From contig JBBCGO010000001.1 of NCBI GenBank assembly GCA_037200925.1, forward strand, positions 511,698 to 575,697: a DNA stretch of 64,000 bases, written 5' to 3'. Position numbers and translations under genes: made by a program. This document shows, piece after piece, positions 1-8,921 of the stretch; the first letter of the stretch is position 1, and each line of letters begins with the position of its first letter. This stretch comes from Candidatus Doudnabacteria bacterium (GTDB taxonomy: Bacteria > Patescibacteriota > Doudnabacteria > UBA920 > O2-02-FULL-48-8). The notes beneath the pieces are model-generated. The model had not been told where the DNA came from. It made no database searches and saw nothing but the letters and a program-made list of their open reading frames with translations.

Positions 1-1794
1 CGCCGAATCGGTCCATCTCTGCACCGCGGCCTGGACCTGCACATGCTCTTCCGGGGTCAGTTCCATGGCTGTGACGAAATAATCAGGCAGCTGCTCGCCC
101 GGATGCGCATCCAGCCAGTCCTTAGCCAGTTTGATGTGCTCCTGGTGCACACCCAATCGCGATTTGCGGAAATAGATCCAGGAAAAGAACGGTTCAATGC
201 CTGTGGAAGTGCCGACCATGGTCCCGATCGTGCCGGTCGGCGCCTGAGTTAAGATCGTGACATTGCGGATGCCGTACTGGCGGACCAGGTGGCGGATGTA
301 TTCGGGCATGCGCTGCATAAATCCCGATTGCAGGAATTTATCCGCTTCAAATTTCGGGAATGCGCCTTTCTCTCTTGCCAAGTCCACGGAAGTTTCGTAA
401 GCCGTGATGGAGATGAACTGGTAAAGCTTATCGATAAATTCCACTCCCTGGGGACTGCCGTAGCGCAAATTTAAATTGATCAGCATTTCGGCAAGGCCAA
501 TAGTGCCCATGCCTACCCGGCGCTCGCTCATCTGCTGCTGGTAATTCTCGTCAAAGAAATAGGGAGTTGCGTCAATGACATTGTCCTGGAACCTGACCGC
601 ATCCTGCACCGTGCGTTTCAATTTATTCCAGTCCACGTCGCGAGCAACCGCATCCACGTGCTTGGCAAGATTGATGTGGCCAAGATTGCATACACCCCAA
701 GCGGGCAAAGGCTGTTCGCCGCACGGATTGGTGCACGGCAGGTCCGCAAAGTAGTGAGAATTGGAATAATAATTCGCGCGGTCAATAAAATACATTCCCG
801 GTTCCGCGGAAGAATGCGCCGAAGAAATTATATTGTCCCAAATATCGCGCGCCCTCACTGTCTTCTGCTTGACCACCTTGCCGCCAATTTCCTTCCAGCG
901 GTTGATGTTGCCGTCCCAGCGATCGCGGTATAAAGGATCCGAAGTGTCAGGAAAAACCAGATCCCAGGGCTGGTCGTTTTTCACCGCCTGCATGAAATCA
1001 TCCGTGATGCCCACGGAAATATTGGCATTCGTGATCTTGCCGGCTTCTTTTTTGGAATTGATAAAATCGATGACATCCGGATGCCAGACGTTTAAAATCA
1101 GCATCAAAGCGCCTCTGCGCGAGCCGCCCTGCTCAATCAGGCCGGTAACAAAACTATACAAAGATGCCCAGGATACGGAACCGCTGGACCTGCCATTCAC
1201 GCCTTTGACATAAGCATAACGCGGCCGGAGTGTGGAAACATTGATGCCGACGCCGCCGCCGCGGGACATGATCTCGGCCATCTGGCCCAAAGTTTCAAAA
1301 ATGCCCTGTCTGGAATCTTTCGGAGATGGAATAACGTAACAATTATAATAAGTTAAATTCTGCCCTGTTCCGGCACCGGTGAAGATCCGGCCGGCCGGCA
1401 CGTATTTCCAATCATCCATCAGTTCGCGGTATCGTCCTTCCCATTCCTGCTGCAGTTCAGGGGTACTTTCCACTGAAGCGATGTGTTTGGCGATGCGTTC
1501 GAACATTTGTTCCGGCACGGTTTCAAGCGGTTTGTCCACGTGTTCGATCGCCCGCGTCTCCAGCGTGCCGTCGCGCAGCTTCACTACCACCTCGCGGGTT
1601 TCCTGATTAAGTCTTTCCACAGTGCCAATTTCTCTTTGGCCGGTTTTTAGATTAACACAAACAACTACCGTATCACCCACAGTCAAAGTTTCCTTTTTCG
1701 CATCCTTGATAGCGTATCTGTCAAGAAAGATCTTTTCTCCCAGTTCGGCTAATCCGTTAACTTTTCTGGTTTGTAGGTTTTCTTTGGGCTGCAT
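1..1794 (-). CDS. nrdJ: Class II (adenosylcobalamin-dependent) ribonucleotide reductase, runs off left edge
   Basis: Not in ORF track; manual translation from ATG 1794: MQPKENL...IFLDRYA...PAGRI...YYNCYV...SRGGGVG...QGGSRRGALM...NANISV...AEPG...TNPCGEQPL...CNLG...ERRVGMG...QAPTGT...GIEP. Confidence 0.93.
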   Translation of the reverse strand, partial: MQPKENLQTRKVNGLAELGEKIFLDRYAIKDAKKETLTVGDTVVVCVNLKTGQREIGTVERLNQETREVVVKLRDGTLETRAIEHVDKPLETVPEQMFERIAKHIASVESTPELQQEWEGRYRELMDDWKYVPAGRIFTGAGTGQNLTYYNCYVIPSPKDSRQGIFETLGQMAEIMSRGGGVGINVSTLRPRYAYVKGVNGRSSGSVSWASLYSFVTGLIEQGGSRRGALMLILNVWHPDVIDFINSKKEAGKITNANISVGITDDFMQAVKNDQPWDLVFPDTSDPLYRDRWDGNINRWKEIGGKVVKQKTVRARDIWDNIISSAHSSAEPGMYFIDRANYYSNSHYFADLPCTNPCGEQPLPAWGVCNLGHINLAKHVDAVARDVDWNKLKRTVQDAVRFQDNVIDATPYFFDENYQQQMSERRVGMGTIGLAEMLINLNLRYGSPQGVEFIDKLYQFISITAYETSVDLAREKGAFPKFEADKFLQSGFMQRMPEYIRHLVRQYGIRNVTILTQAPTGTIGTMVGTSTGIEPFFSWIYFRKSRLGVHQEHIKLAKDWLDAHPGEQLPDYFVTAMELTPEEHVQVQAAVQRWTDSA

Positions 1795-1822
1795 GGGTGT
1801 TGTTTGTGGGTTTAATTAATTG

Positions 1823-2266
1823 TTATAGTTTCTTCGCTTCCTTCACGAACTCTTCAACATCTGCGAACTTTCGATAAACTGATGCAAAACGTATGTAGGC
1901 CACCTGATCCTTGCCTTTGATCCTTTTCATGACGATATTGCCGATATCTTTGGTGGCAATTTGTTCTTTGCCCGTTTTTTGGATGTCCTGCTCGATGCCG
2001 GCCACTAAGGAATGAAAATCATCACTGGTCAGAGGCCGTTTTTCAAAAGCCTTGCGGATACCGGACTCGATCTTCTCCCGCATGTAGGCTTCCGTACTGC
2101 CGTCGCGCTTGAGTACAGAGAGGTCCAAGATTTCCATCTCTTCGTGCGTGGAAAATCTGGCTCCGCATTTGTTGCATTCACGCCGGCGCCGGATCGCCAT
2201 GCCGTCAGAAATAGGCCGAGAGTCTAAAACCTTGGTATCGTCATTCTGGCAATTGGGGCATCTCAT
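1823..2266 (-). CDS. nrdR: Transcriptional repressor NrdR
   Basis: MRCPNC...DSR...IRRRREC..CGARFST.E zinc ribbon, ATP cone, AYIRFASVY; start moved to ATG 2266. Confidence 0.97.
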   Translation of the reverse strand: MRCPNCQNDDTKVLDSRPISDGMAIRRRRECNKCGARFSTHEEMEILDLSVLKRDGSTEAYMREKIESGIRKAFEKRPLTSDDFHSLVAGIEQDIQKTGKEQIATKDIGNIVMKRIKGKDQVAYIRFASVYRKFADVEEFVKEAKKL

Positions 2267-2386
2267 CGTCGTAATTGGTCGACGCTTCGCAATTTTGCTC
2301 CGCAAAATGTGCTACGGTCGACTTATTGCTCCTCTTCGCAAAAAATCGTGCTCGACTTCGTCTGCGCACCAATTTTTTGCGATAAT
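2267..2386 (-). repeat. Structured leader element family 1, copy A (abuts nrdR ATG)
   Basis: Minus strand: hairpin, then AGAGGAGCAAT..GTCGAC CGTAGCA[hairpin]TGCGAAGC GTCGAC CAATTACGACG-ATG; homologous to 32981-33101 and 57047-57173. Confidence 0.85.
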
Positions 2387-2516
2387 CTTGAAATCTTAGC
2401 ACAAATTAAATAAGAGGTTATATCCCAAAAATGGGCCTCTCAAATGAATCTTAATTGAAACAAAGTGCTCTTTTTGTGTTGTTTTGGGTGTCTGGTTCGC
2501 CGTAAACCAGTTTCAA

Positions 2517-2572
2517 ACACAATATATGGTATTGACCATAGTTAATATAGCCCCATATGTAGAACCTGTCAA
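2517..2572 (-). promoter_or_regulatory. nrdR-nrdJ sigma70 promoter with two NrdR boxes
   Basis: Minus TTGACA(2572-2567)-17-TATATT(2549-2544); ACACAATATATGGTAT (2517-2532) and GCCCCATATGTAGAAC (2550-2565) resemble the acaCwAtATaTwGtgt consensus. Confidence 0.75.
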
Positions 2573-2661
2573 AACCTCAATTTTTGCCAGATTTTATTCC
2601 CGTTTACTAGATATAGAGAAACTTATCAACATTATTTGGCTACAATACTTTAGGATGTCAA

Positions 2662-2744
2662 TTGACAAAAAAATCCACGAACTCTAAAATATAAATATCA
2701 TTAATTTTGCAAAAATTATGATGCGCGGACACTAAATGTTGTGT
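2662..2744 (+). promoter_or_regulatory. Divergent sigma70 promoter followed by a third NrdR box
   Basis: TTGACA(2662)-17-TAAAAT(2685); ACACTAAATGTTGTGT at 2729-2744. Confidence 0.65.
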
Positions 2745-2795
2745 ACATAACGCCCGAAAGGGCGTTTTGTTTTTCATGTGATATATAATAACCTT

Positions 2796-3959
2796 ATGAG
2801 CAACTGCGTTTACTGTGGCAATAACCCGGTCCACCACCAGGCCCATAAATTTTACGGGTCAATTGATATTATGTTTCATCCCCTGCGCCAAGCTGTTATG
2901 CAGGGTTGGTTTGGACAATTCACGGATATGCTAGGAACCGGAGCTGCCTTCGGATTATTCTACGCTCTCAAGCCTTTCGGTTTGATAAAGCTGAATCGCG
3001 ATATCAATCAAGTGCCGTATGAGCGGGCCAAAGTTTTATGGCAAGAAGCTATCGACCGCAACATTGAATTTGAAGAGATCAAGCCTTTCAACCGGTCTAT
3101 TGATCTGTACAGGGCGAAAATCAATGGCCGGGAACTGTATTTTATGAACCTGCCGCGCGAAGAATCAGCTATGGCTTCGAACCTGGCCTGGGTTGATGAC
3201 AAGCATCTGCTGAAACAAAAGCTGCTCGAACACCGAATCCCCGTCGCTGCCGGCGGATCATTTACCGATCTTACGGATGCGCTTAAAGCATTTCAAACAA
3301 TGGACAAACCGGTGATCGTCAAACCACGCGCCGGCTCCCGCGGCAGACATACCACCACCAATATTTATGCAAAGGAGGATTTTATAAAAGCTTTCAAAAT
3401 CGCCAAACAACTTTGCCACTGGGTGATCGTGGAAGAGCATTTGTTCGGCGATGTGCAAAGAGGCACTATTATCGGCGATAAATTAATCGGGGTTTTGGGC
3501 GGCTCGCCCCCGCGCGTGACCGGTGACGGCGTCCACACTATCGCGCAACTGATAAAAATCAAGGATGCCGAACGTCCCGCCAAAGTCAAACAGATCAAGG
3601 TCAATGAATATTTTATGCAGCGGAGCGGCCTTGCGATGGATCTGATATTGGCCCGAGAGCAAACAGTGGATCTGTCAGAAAAAATCGGGGTAAATTACGG
3701 CGGCACATCTTATGATTGCACCGACGAAACACATCCTGAAACCAAACAAATGCTGGTGGAAGCCGCCAAAATTTTAGATATTTCCATTTTGGGCTTTGAT
3801 TTTATCGTTCCCGACATCACCAAATCATATAAAGAACAAAAATCCGGAATCATTGAATGCAACGGCGCGCCGTTCATCCAGCTCCACCACGACCCGCTGA
3901 TAGGAAAATCCATCAATGCCGCTAAATACGTCTGGGATTTACTTTTAGAAACAAAATAG
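2796..3959 (+). CDS. Cyanophycin-synthetase-like / GshAB-type stand-alone ATP-grasp protein
   Basis: DDKHLLK, VIVKP..GSRGRH.TT, IVEEHL.G, PPRVTGDGVHTI.QLI, GFDFI..DI, IIECNGAP. Confidence 0.8.
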   Translation: MSNCVYCGNNPVHHQAHKFYGSIDIMFHPLRQAVMQGWFGQFTDMLGTGAAFGLFYALKPFGLIKLNRDINQVPYERAKVLWQEAIDRNIEFEEIKPFNRSIDLYRAKINGRELYFMNLPREESAMASNLAWVDDKHLLKQKLLEHRIPVAAGGSFTDLTDALKAFQTMDKPVIVKPRAGSRGRHTTTNIYAKEDFIKAFKIAKQLCHWVIVEEHLFGDVQRGTIIGDKLIGVLGGSPPRVTGDGVHTIAQLIKIKDAERPAKVKQIKVNEYFMQRSGLAMDLILAREQTVDLSEKIGVNYGGTSYDCTDETHPETKQMLVEAAKILDISILGFDFIVPDITKSYKEQKSGIIECNGAPFIQLHHDPLIGKSINAAKYVWDLLLETK

Positions 3960-3973
3960 AGCCTTATCGGCTA

Positions 3974-4039
3974 TATTGCCGTCGCTCGCTCACATTGGAT
4001 CAGAAATTAATTTCTGATCAGTTCGCTCTCTTGGCAATA
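3974..4039. repeat. Branched palindromic intergenic element
   Basis: TATTGCC...GGCAATA outer stem enclosing perfect 22-bp palindrome GATCAGAAATTAATTTCTGATC (3998-4019). Confidence 0.6.
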
Positions 4040-4072
4040 AAAAAGGCCGAACTTCAGGAGTCCGGCCGCTAT

Positions 4073-4147
4073 TCAAATTATCGTCTCAGGCAGGGTCTGA
4101 GGCGCTGCCGATGGTTCCGACAGTTCCGCCGGTAGACCGTCCTTCAT
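4073..4147 (-). CDS. Putative 24-aa small protein downstream of purC
   Basis: AAGGAGG-5nt-ATG; MKDGLPAELSEPSAAPQTLPETII*; followed by terminator-like hairpin. Confidence 0.35.
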   Translation of the reverse strand: MKDGLPAELSEPSAAPQTLPETII

Positions 4148-4165
4148 TTCCGCCTCCTTGCATGC

Positions 4166-5179
4166 TTACACCCCGATGCTCATCTCGTTTTTCTGAAACT
4201 CCGGCAGATCCTTGCCTGTGAGCCGTATCGTCAATGCAAGGTAGCGGGTCGTGCAAGCCTCGAGCACTTCTTTCGGAACTGGAATATCGCCGACCAAAAC
4301 CGCGTTCTCCACAGACTTCGCGTCTATTTTGCTGATATTGACGACCGCTCCATCCACCGGCGATGCCTTCTTGCCCCATTCGCGCACCGGCTGCTTGTCA
4401 TAGCCGCTTGGCGCCTTTCCTTGTTTCTGGGCCTCATTGTACTCGTCCACATCCCAATAGCGGGAAGAGTCGGGCGTTGCCACTTCATCGCAGATCATCC
4501 GGGTTGTATCAAACTCGAATTTCGTGTCCGCGAAGATGACGCCTTTCTTCCGCGCGTCGTTACGGATGACATTGAAAAGATTTATTGAAAACGCCTCAAC
4601 GCCGGACCCGTATACCCGGGCTACGTATTCGCGGGTCACTGGTTCATCGTGGCCTGATTGGGCCTTGTCAGTGGGCGTGAACATCGGCTCGTCGAGCCAG
4701 GCGCCGTCGTGCAAGCCATCGGGCAACTGATAACCCCAAAGCAAGCGTTCACCGGCCGCATACTTTTCCCACGCAGACCCGGTCAGAACTCCGCGAACAA
4801 CGCATTCGACCGGCATCATCTGACGGCGCTTGACCACGAGCGCCCGTCTCTGCAGTTCGGGATATTTCCGCAAGCCCAGCGGCAGATAAGAATCTATGCC
4901 GGCGCCGGAAGCGACCAGGTGATGATCGTTCTTGATCAGCAGCTTGGTCAGGAAGTGCACGGTGAGTGCCGTGAGCACTTCACCTTTGAGCGAGACCAAA
5001 GAGCCCAAGACGAAATCAAAAATGCTCACCCGGTCTGTCGCAACGACCAGCAGAAGATCCGTGTATCCCGGAAGCTCATACGTGTCGCGGACCTTGCCCT
5101 GATGAATTCGCTTGAGACTGCGGTGCGCCAACTCTTCCGATATCGGGGACTCGGCGACTGATGGCGGGATGTAGGGCAT
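4166..5179 (-). CDS. purC: SAICAR synthase
   Basis: HQGKVRDTY, VATDRVSIFD, PVECVVRG.LTGS, FTPTDK, ADTKFEF, DEVATPDSSRYW, YDKQPVR. Confidence 0.95.
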   Translation of the reverse strand: MPYIPPSVAESPISEELAHRSLKRIHQGKVRDTYELPGYTDLLLVVATDRVSIFDFVLGSLVSLKGEVLTALTVHFLTKLLIKNDHHLVASGAGIDSYLPLGLRKYPELQRRALVVKRRQMMPVECVVRGVLTGSAWEKYAAGERLLWGYQLPDGLHDGAWLDEPMFTPTDKAQSGHDEPVTREYVARVYGSGVEAFSINLFNVIRNDARKKGVIFADTKFEFDTTRMICDEVATPDSSRYWDVDEYNEAQKQGKAPSGYDKQPVREWGKKASPVDGAVVNISKIDAKSVENAVLVGDIPVPKEVLEACTTRYLALTIRLTGKDLPEFQKNEMSIGV

Positions 5180-5181
5180 GG

Positions 5182-5697
5182 CTACTTTTTCTCCTTCGTG
5201 CGGAAGTTGTCCAAATTAACGTTTCTCTTTGTTGGCTTGGTCGTTTCGGCAAGATACTCACACAATTTTTGCCGAACTTCCCGGCCTTCTTCGGATGCAA
5301 ACGACAGGATCTGCGCGGCTGCCAATGCGGCATTGTCCAGATTGGGCACAACCATAACTGGTCGCCCCGGTGGCATGCTCGCCATGGCATACAGCGAATC
5401 TTGCGGGCCGTAAGGACCGCCTGGCAGAGGCACGCCGATCACAGGCAACCAGCCTTGAGTGTTTGCAGAGATTGCGCCGGCCAATGCTGCTGCCCATCCG
5501 GCCGCAGCGATGAAAACTTTTGAAGGCCCGTCCAGATGGTCGCAAAGAGCACTCAACTCCAAAGGGTTGCGGTGAGCCGAGATCACATTGACCTCGAACA
5601 CGATCCCAAGCTTTCTGAAGATCTCTTCCAGCTTGGAATTCGCCACAGATTTCAGATCACTCTCGCTGCCGACGATCACGTAAACCTGCGGATCCAT
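5182..5697 (-). CDS. purE: AIR carboxylase / N5-CAIR mutase
   Basis: GSESD, SAHRNP, IAAAG, PVIGVP, MPPG.PV, NAALAAAQIL. Confidence 0.92.
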   Translation of the reverse strand: MDPQVYVIVGSESDLKSVANSKLEEIFRKLGIVFEVNVISAHRNPLELSALCDHLDGPSKVFIAAAGWAAALAGAISANTQGWLPVIGVPLPGGPYGPQDSLYAMASMPPGRPVMVVPNLDNAALAAAQILSFASEEGREVRQKLCEYLAETTKPTKRNVNLDNFRTKEKK

Positions 5698-5848
5698 AAA
5701 ATCCCTCCTCTCACAACCAAATGAAGAGAACTTGATTTTAAATCATATAACCTTTCGGCTTTTTGGGCAAATATTTTCTTCTTGCCTTAGATTTAGATTT
5801 GCTGTTAAACTCTGGATAACCTTTGCCAATTTTCCGGAGGATACGACA

Positions 5849-7246
5849 ATGCATGCTTTGGAAGCAATCGGACCGATCGACGGGCGCTACCGGCGGCATA
5901 CCGAACCTTTGGCCGAGCATTTCAGCGAACAGGCGCTTATCAAAAAGCGCGTGCTGCTGGAGGCTGAATACTTCATTGCGCTCGCAGGATGCGACGGCGT
6001 TCCAATGCGCAAGCTGGCGCCTCATGAACATGCTGCTATCATGTCGCTTCCGACAAATCTTAGTTTGGCGGACTGCGAGATCATCAAGCAGATCGAGACC
6101 AAGGGATGGAACAGCATCAAAAAGACCGACCACGATGTCAAAGCCGTGGAGCTGTGGATGCGGCATGTGCTGGCGCAGAACAGTCTTAATGATCTGCTGG
6201 AGTGGCTGCACTTCGCGCTGACATCCGAGGATATCAACAATCTCTCCTACGCAATGATGCTCACCGGCGGAATCCGCACACTTCTGCCGAAACTCGAAGA
6301 TGTGCTCGGGTTCCTGGATTCCTGGGCCCAGCTGCACGCTGCAGATGCCATGATGGCGCGCACTCACGGCCAGCCGGCGACACCAACGACGTTCGGCAAA
6401 GAGATGCGCATATTCGCAGAGCGGCTGCACCGGCAGATCGAACAGCTTCGCACGTTTCGTCTCCTGGTCAAGCTCAATGGCGCCTCCGGCAACTACAATG
6501 CGCATTTCATCGCTTTGCCGAATGTTGACTGGGTGGATTTCTCCCGCAAGTTCATCGAACACATCGGCCACGAATACAGCTGCCGGTTCGACGTCAATCT
6601 CCACACCACGCAGATAGAACCGCACGACAACTACGCCGAGCTCTCTCATCTGTTGGCACGCATTAACACCATCCTCATTGACTTCTGCCAGGACATGTGG
6701 CAGTACGTCAGTGACAAATGGATAGTGCTGCTGCCGGAAGAAGGAGCTGCGGGCTCGTCCACCATGCCGAACAAGATCAACCCCATCCAGCTGGAAAATG
6801 CTGAGGGCAACGCGCAGGTCGCCAACAGCATGTTCGAAGGATATGCCCGCACACTGCCCATTTCGCGCAGGCAACGGCACTTGTCGGACTCAACCATCAT
6901 CCGCACATTCGGCGTAGCGTTCGGACACACTCTTGTAGCGTATCGTATGGTTTTGACGGGCCTGGGTCGGATGCGGCCGGATGTTCTGAGAATGAAGCAA
7001 GTCCTCTCGCGGCATCCGGAGGTCGTTGCCGAAGCATACCAGACGATATTACGCAGGCATGGCTACCCCGATCCGTACGAAGCTCTCAAAAAACTAACGC
7101 GTGGAGTTAAAGTAACGCTTGAAGACCTTCAGCGGTTCACATACGAACTGGATGTGAACGACGAGGTCCGGGCGGAACTGCTGGCCGTGGATCCACTCAG
7201 ATATCTGGGCCTGTCGCGGCTGCTGGCAGAAACCAAACCTGCCTGA
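5849..7246 (+). CDS. purB: Adenylosuccinate lyase
   Basis: PIDGRY, HDVKAVE, HFALTSEDINN, ARTHGQPATPTTFGKE, GSSTMPNKINPI..ENAEGN; GGAGG SD before ATG 5849. Confidence 0.95.
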   Translation: MHALEAIGPIDGRYRRHTEPLAEHFSEQALIKKRVLLEAEYFIALAGCDGVPMRKLAPHEHAAIMSLPTNLSLADCEIIKQIETKGWNSIKKTDHDVKAVELWMRHVLAQNSLNDLLEWLHFALTSEDINNLSYAMMLTGGIRTLLPKLEDVLGFLDSWAQLHAADAMMARTHGQPATPTTFGKEMRIFAERLHRQIEQLRTFRLLVKLNGASGNYNAHFIALPNVDWVDFSRKFIEHIGHEYSCRFDVNLHTTQIEPHDNYAELSHLLARINTILIDFCQDMWQYVSDKWIVLLPEEGAAGSSTMPNKINPIQLENAEGNAQVANSMFEGYARTLPISRRQRHLSDSTIIRTFGVAFGHTLVAYRMVLTGLGRMRPDVLRMKQVLSRHPEVVAEAYQTILRRHGYPDPYEALKKLTRGVKVTLEDLQRFTYELDVNDEVRAELLAVDPLRYLGLSRLLAETKPA

Positions 7247-7339
7247 CAAGGAAAGCACTCGCTTTCCTTTTTATTTTTGCCAAATAAAAAACGGGACGCT
7301 AATGCGTACCCGTCATAGAACCTTGAACTCCTCCTCTGC

Positions 7340-8047
7340 TCAGACCGAGAACTGATGCGCTTTGATCTCATCCTCAACCGCTTTGACCATTTCCTTCGGC
7401 CAGATTCCGAGCTCGCCGAGCGCGAAAGCAATGTCAAGCAAGTTGTAGATCACGATGATGTGCTCGAAGCCTGCTGCCTCCAGCCGCGGCACCGCACCCT
7501 GCTGGCGATCAGCCCAGATCAGGCATGGCATCTGTTTCGCCGGATAGCCGTCCGCTTCCAGTTTCTCCGCAGCTTCGAGCTTCGACTTGCCGTCGGTGGC
7601 TACGTTGTCCACCATCCAGTAACGCTGCCGCGGATCCGGCCGCCCGTTGACCCAGCCCTGATGCGCACCGTGCTGTTTGAGTGCTTCGCGCATGATGCGA
7701 TGAGCGATCGGCGGCATCTTTGGACCGTACTTTTTGCGCTCTTCGACGCTGGCCATGGCTGCGGCCTGCGCCAATGCGTTGCCTGCCGTCGGAATACCGA
7801 TCAGGCATTGCTGTTCCGACTCGTATATATCGCTGCCGTAAACGACCTGGGCGATCTTACGGCCGATCAGCCATTCAAGTTCCGGATGATCGGTCAGATC
7901 TTCGCGCCCGAAGACGTAGACGTTGGACATGATTCCCGATTTGAGCTTGAACGGTGTTTCGCTGTATGCGACGAAACGGACAATCGCCATCTCCCGCATC
8001 AGCGTGAGGTCTTCTGCTGTGAAAACCATCCCCGAAGGTACCTGCAT
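7340..8047 (-). CDS. pyrE: Orotate phosphoribosyltransferase (divergent)
   Basis: FKLKSG..S.VY, GIPTAG, REALKQHG, PRPP-loop-like VDNVATDGKS, DRQQG; adjacent to pyrF. Confidence 0.82.
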   Translation of the reverse strand: MQVPSGMVFTAEDLTLMREMAIVRFVAYSETPFKLKSGIMSNVYVFGREDLTDHPELEWLIGRKIAQVVYGSDIYESEQQCLIGIPTAGNALAQAAAMASVEERKKYGPKMPPIAHRIMREALKQHGAHQGWVNGRPDPRQRYWMVDNVATDGKSKLEAAEKLEADGYPAKQMPCLIWADRQQGAVPRLEAAGFEHIIVIYNLLDIAFALGELGIWPKEMVKAVEDEIKAHQFSV

Positions 8048-8058
8048 CACACGCCTCC

Positions 8059-8742
8059 TTAGGTCTCGGCAACTTGGACCTTAGCGATCTCGTCCCGCAG
8101 CCGCGCCATAGCTTTCTCGGGGTTCTTCGCATCAGTCACCATTCGGCCGATGACCAGAAAGTCCGCGCCATTGGCTATCGTGACGCCGGGAGTCTCCAAC
8201 TGCTGTTGATCATCAGCATCGGCACCCACGAACCTGGTGCCGGGCGAAACAATGTCAACCCGTCCATGAAACCGCGTCAAATGATCGCGCATCCATGCGA
8301 CCTTGGTCGGAGGACAGATAAATCCTTCGACACCCGCGTCCATCGCGTCTTTGATCATATTCTCGACGGCATTCGGCTGGTAGTACCGGGCAAACTCGTC
8401 GTCGGTCAACGACGTCAGAAAGACCACAGCATAGACACCGGCGCCTGCTTCAACCGCCTTCCTCATCATCTTTATGCCACCGGAGGCGTGCACCGTAATA
8501 ATGTCCGCGCCTGCGTCCACAAGCGCCTCAACACGTTTGGCCACTGTATCAGGCGTGTCGTGCGCTTTGATATCTGTCCAGATGAGTTTCGCTCCGTGAC
8601 CCTTGAGCGACTGGATCCGTTCTTTGGCCGCAGGGTCTGTCAGCATATGGACTTTCACGCCCGCAAACTGGCCGCCCACGCGATTCAACAGACTGGCGGC
8701 TTTGCGCATCGACACGTCCGCGGCCAAATAAAATCCCTTCAT
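8059..8742 (-). CDS. pyrF: Orotidine-5'-phosphate decarboxylase
   Basis: LAAD, DIKAHDTPDTV, ITVHASGG..MM, LTS, SPGTR, DDQ, GADFLVIGR. Confidence 0.9.
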   Translation of the reverse strand: MKGFYLAADVSMRKAASLLNRVGGQFAGVKVHMLTDPAAKERIQSLKGHGAKLIWTDIKAHDTPDTVAKRVEALVDAGADIITVHASGGIKMMRKAVEAGAGVYAVVFLTSLTDDEFARYYQPNAVENMIKDAMDAGVEGFICPPTKVAWMRDHLTRFHGRVDIVSPGTRFVGADADDQQQLETPGVTIANGADFLVIGRMVTDAKNPEKAMARLRDEIAKVQVAET

Positions 8743-8832
8743 TGCACATCCCCTCCTTCAGTTGTTGTTTTGTACGTCCAAGCACCTTGCTTGATTTTCA
8801 GGATAGCAAATGTCCGAATTGCTGCCAAATAA

Positions 8833-8861
8833 ATCCCCACACCAAAATTTGGTGTGGGGAT
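8833..8861. repeat. 29-bp REP-like palindrome, copy 1
   Basis: ATCCCCACACCAAA-A-TTTGGTGTGGGGAT. Confidence 0.85.
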
Positions 8862-8921
8862 AAAAAAACGGCGGGTGCTTTTGAAAAAAAGCACGCACCG
8901 CCGCCAACTGTTCTGTTGTGG

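Noticed and set aside
1795-2660. Cobalamin riboswitch upstream of B12-dependent nrdJ
   Set aside because: No B12-box or GGGAA..GCCCCCGC-like motifs visible; regulation appears to be through NrdR boxes.
5738-8832. Long antisense ORFs (380, 235 and 252 aa) and similar shadow ORFs elsewhere
   Set aside because: They lie opposite well-identified genes, have no motifs, and are expected in GC-rich coding DNA.
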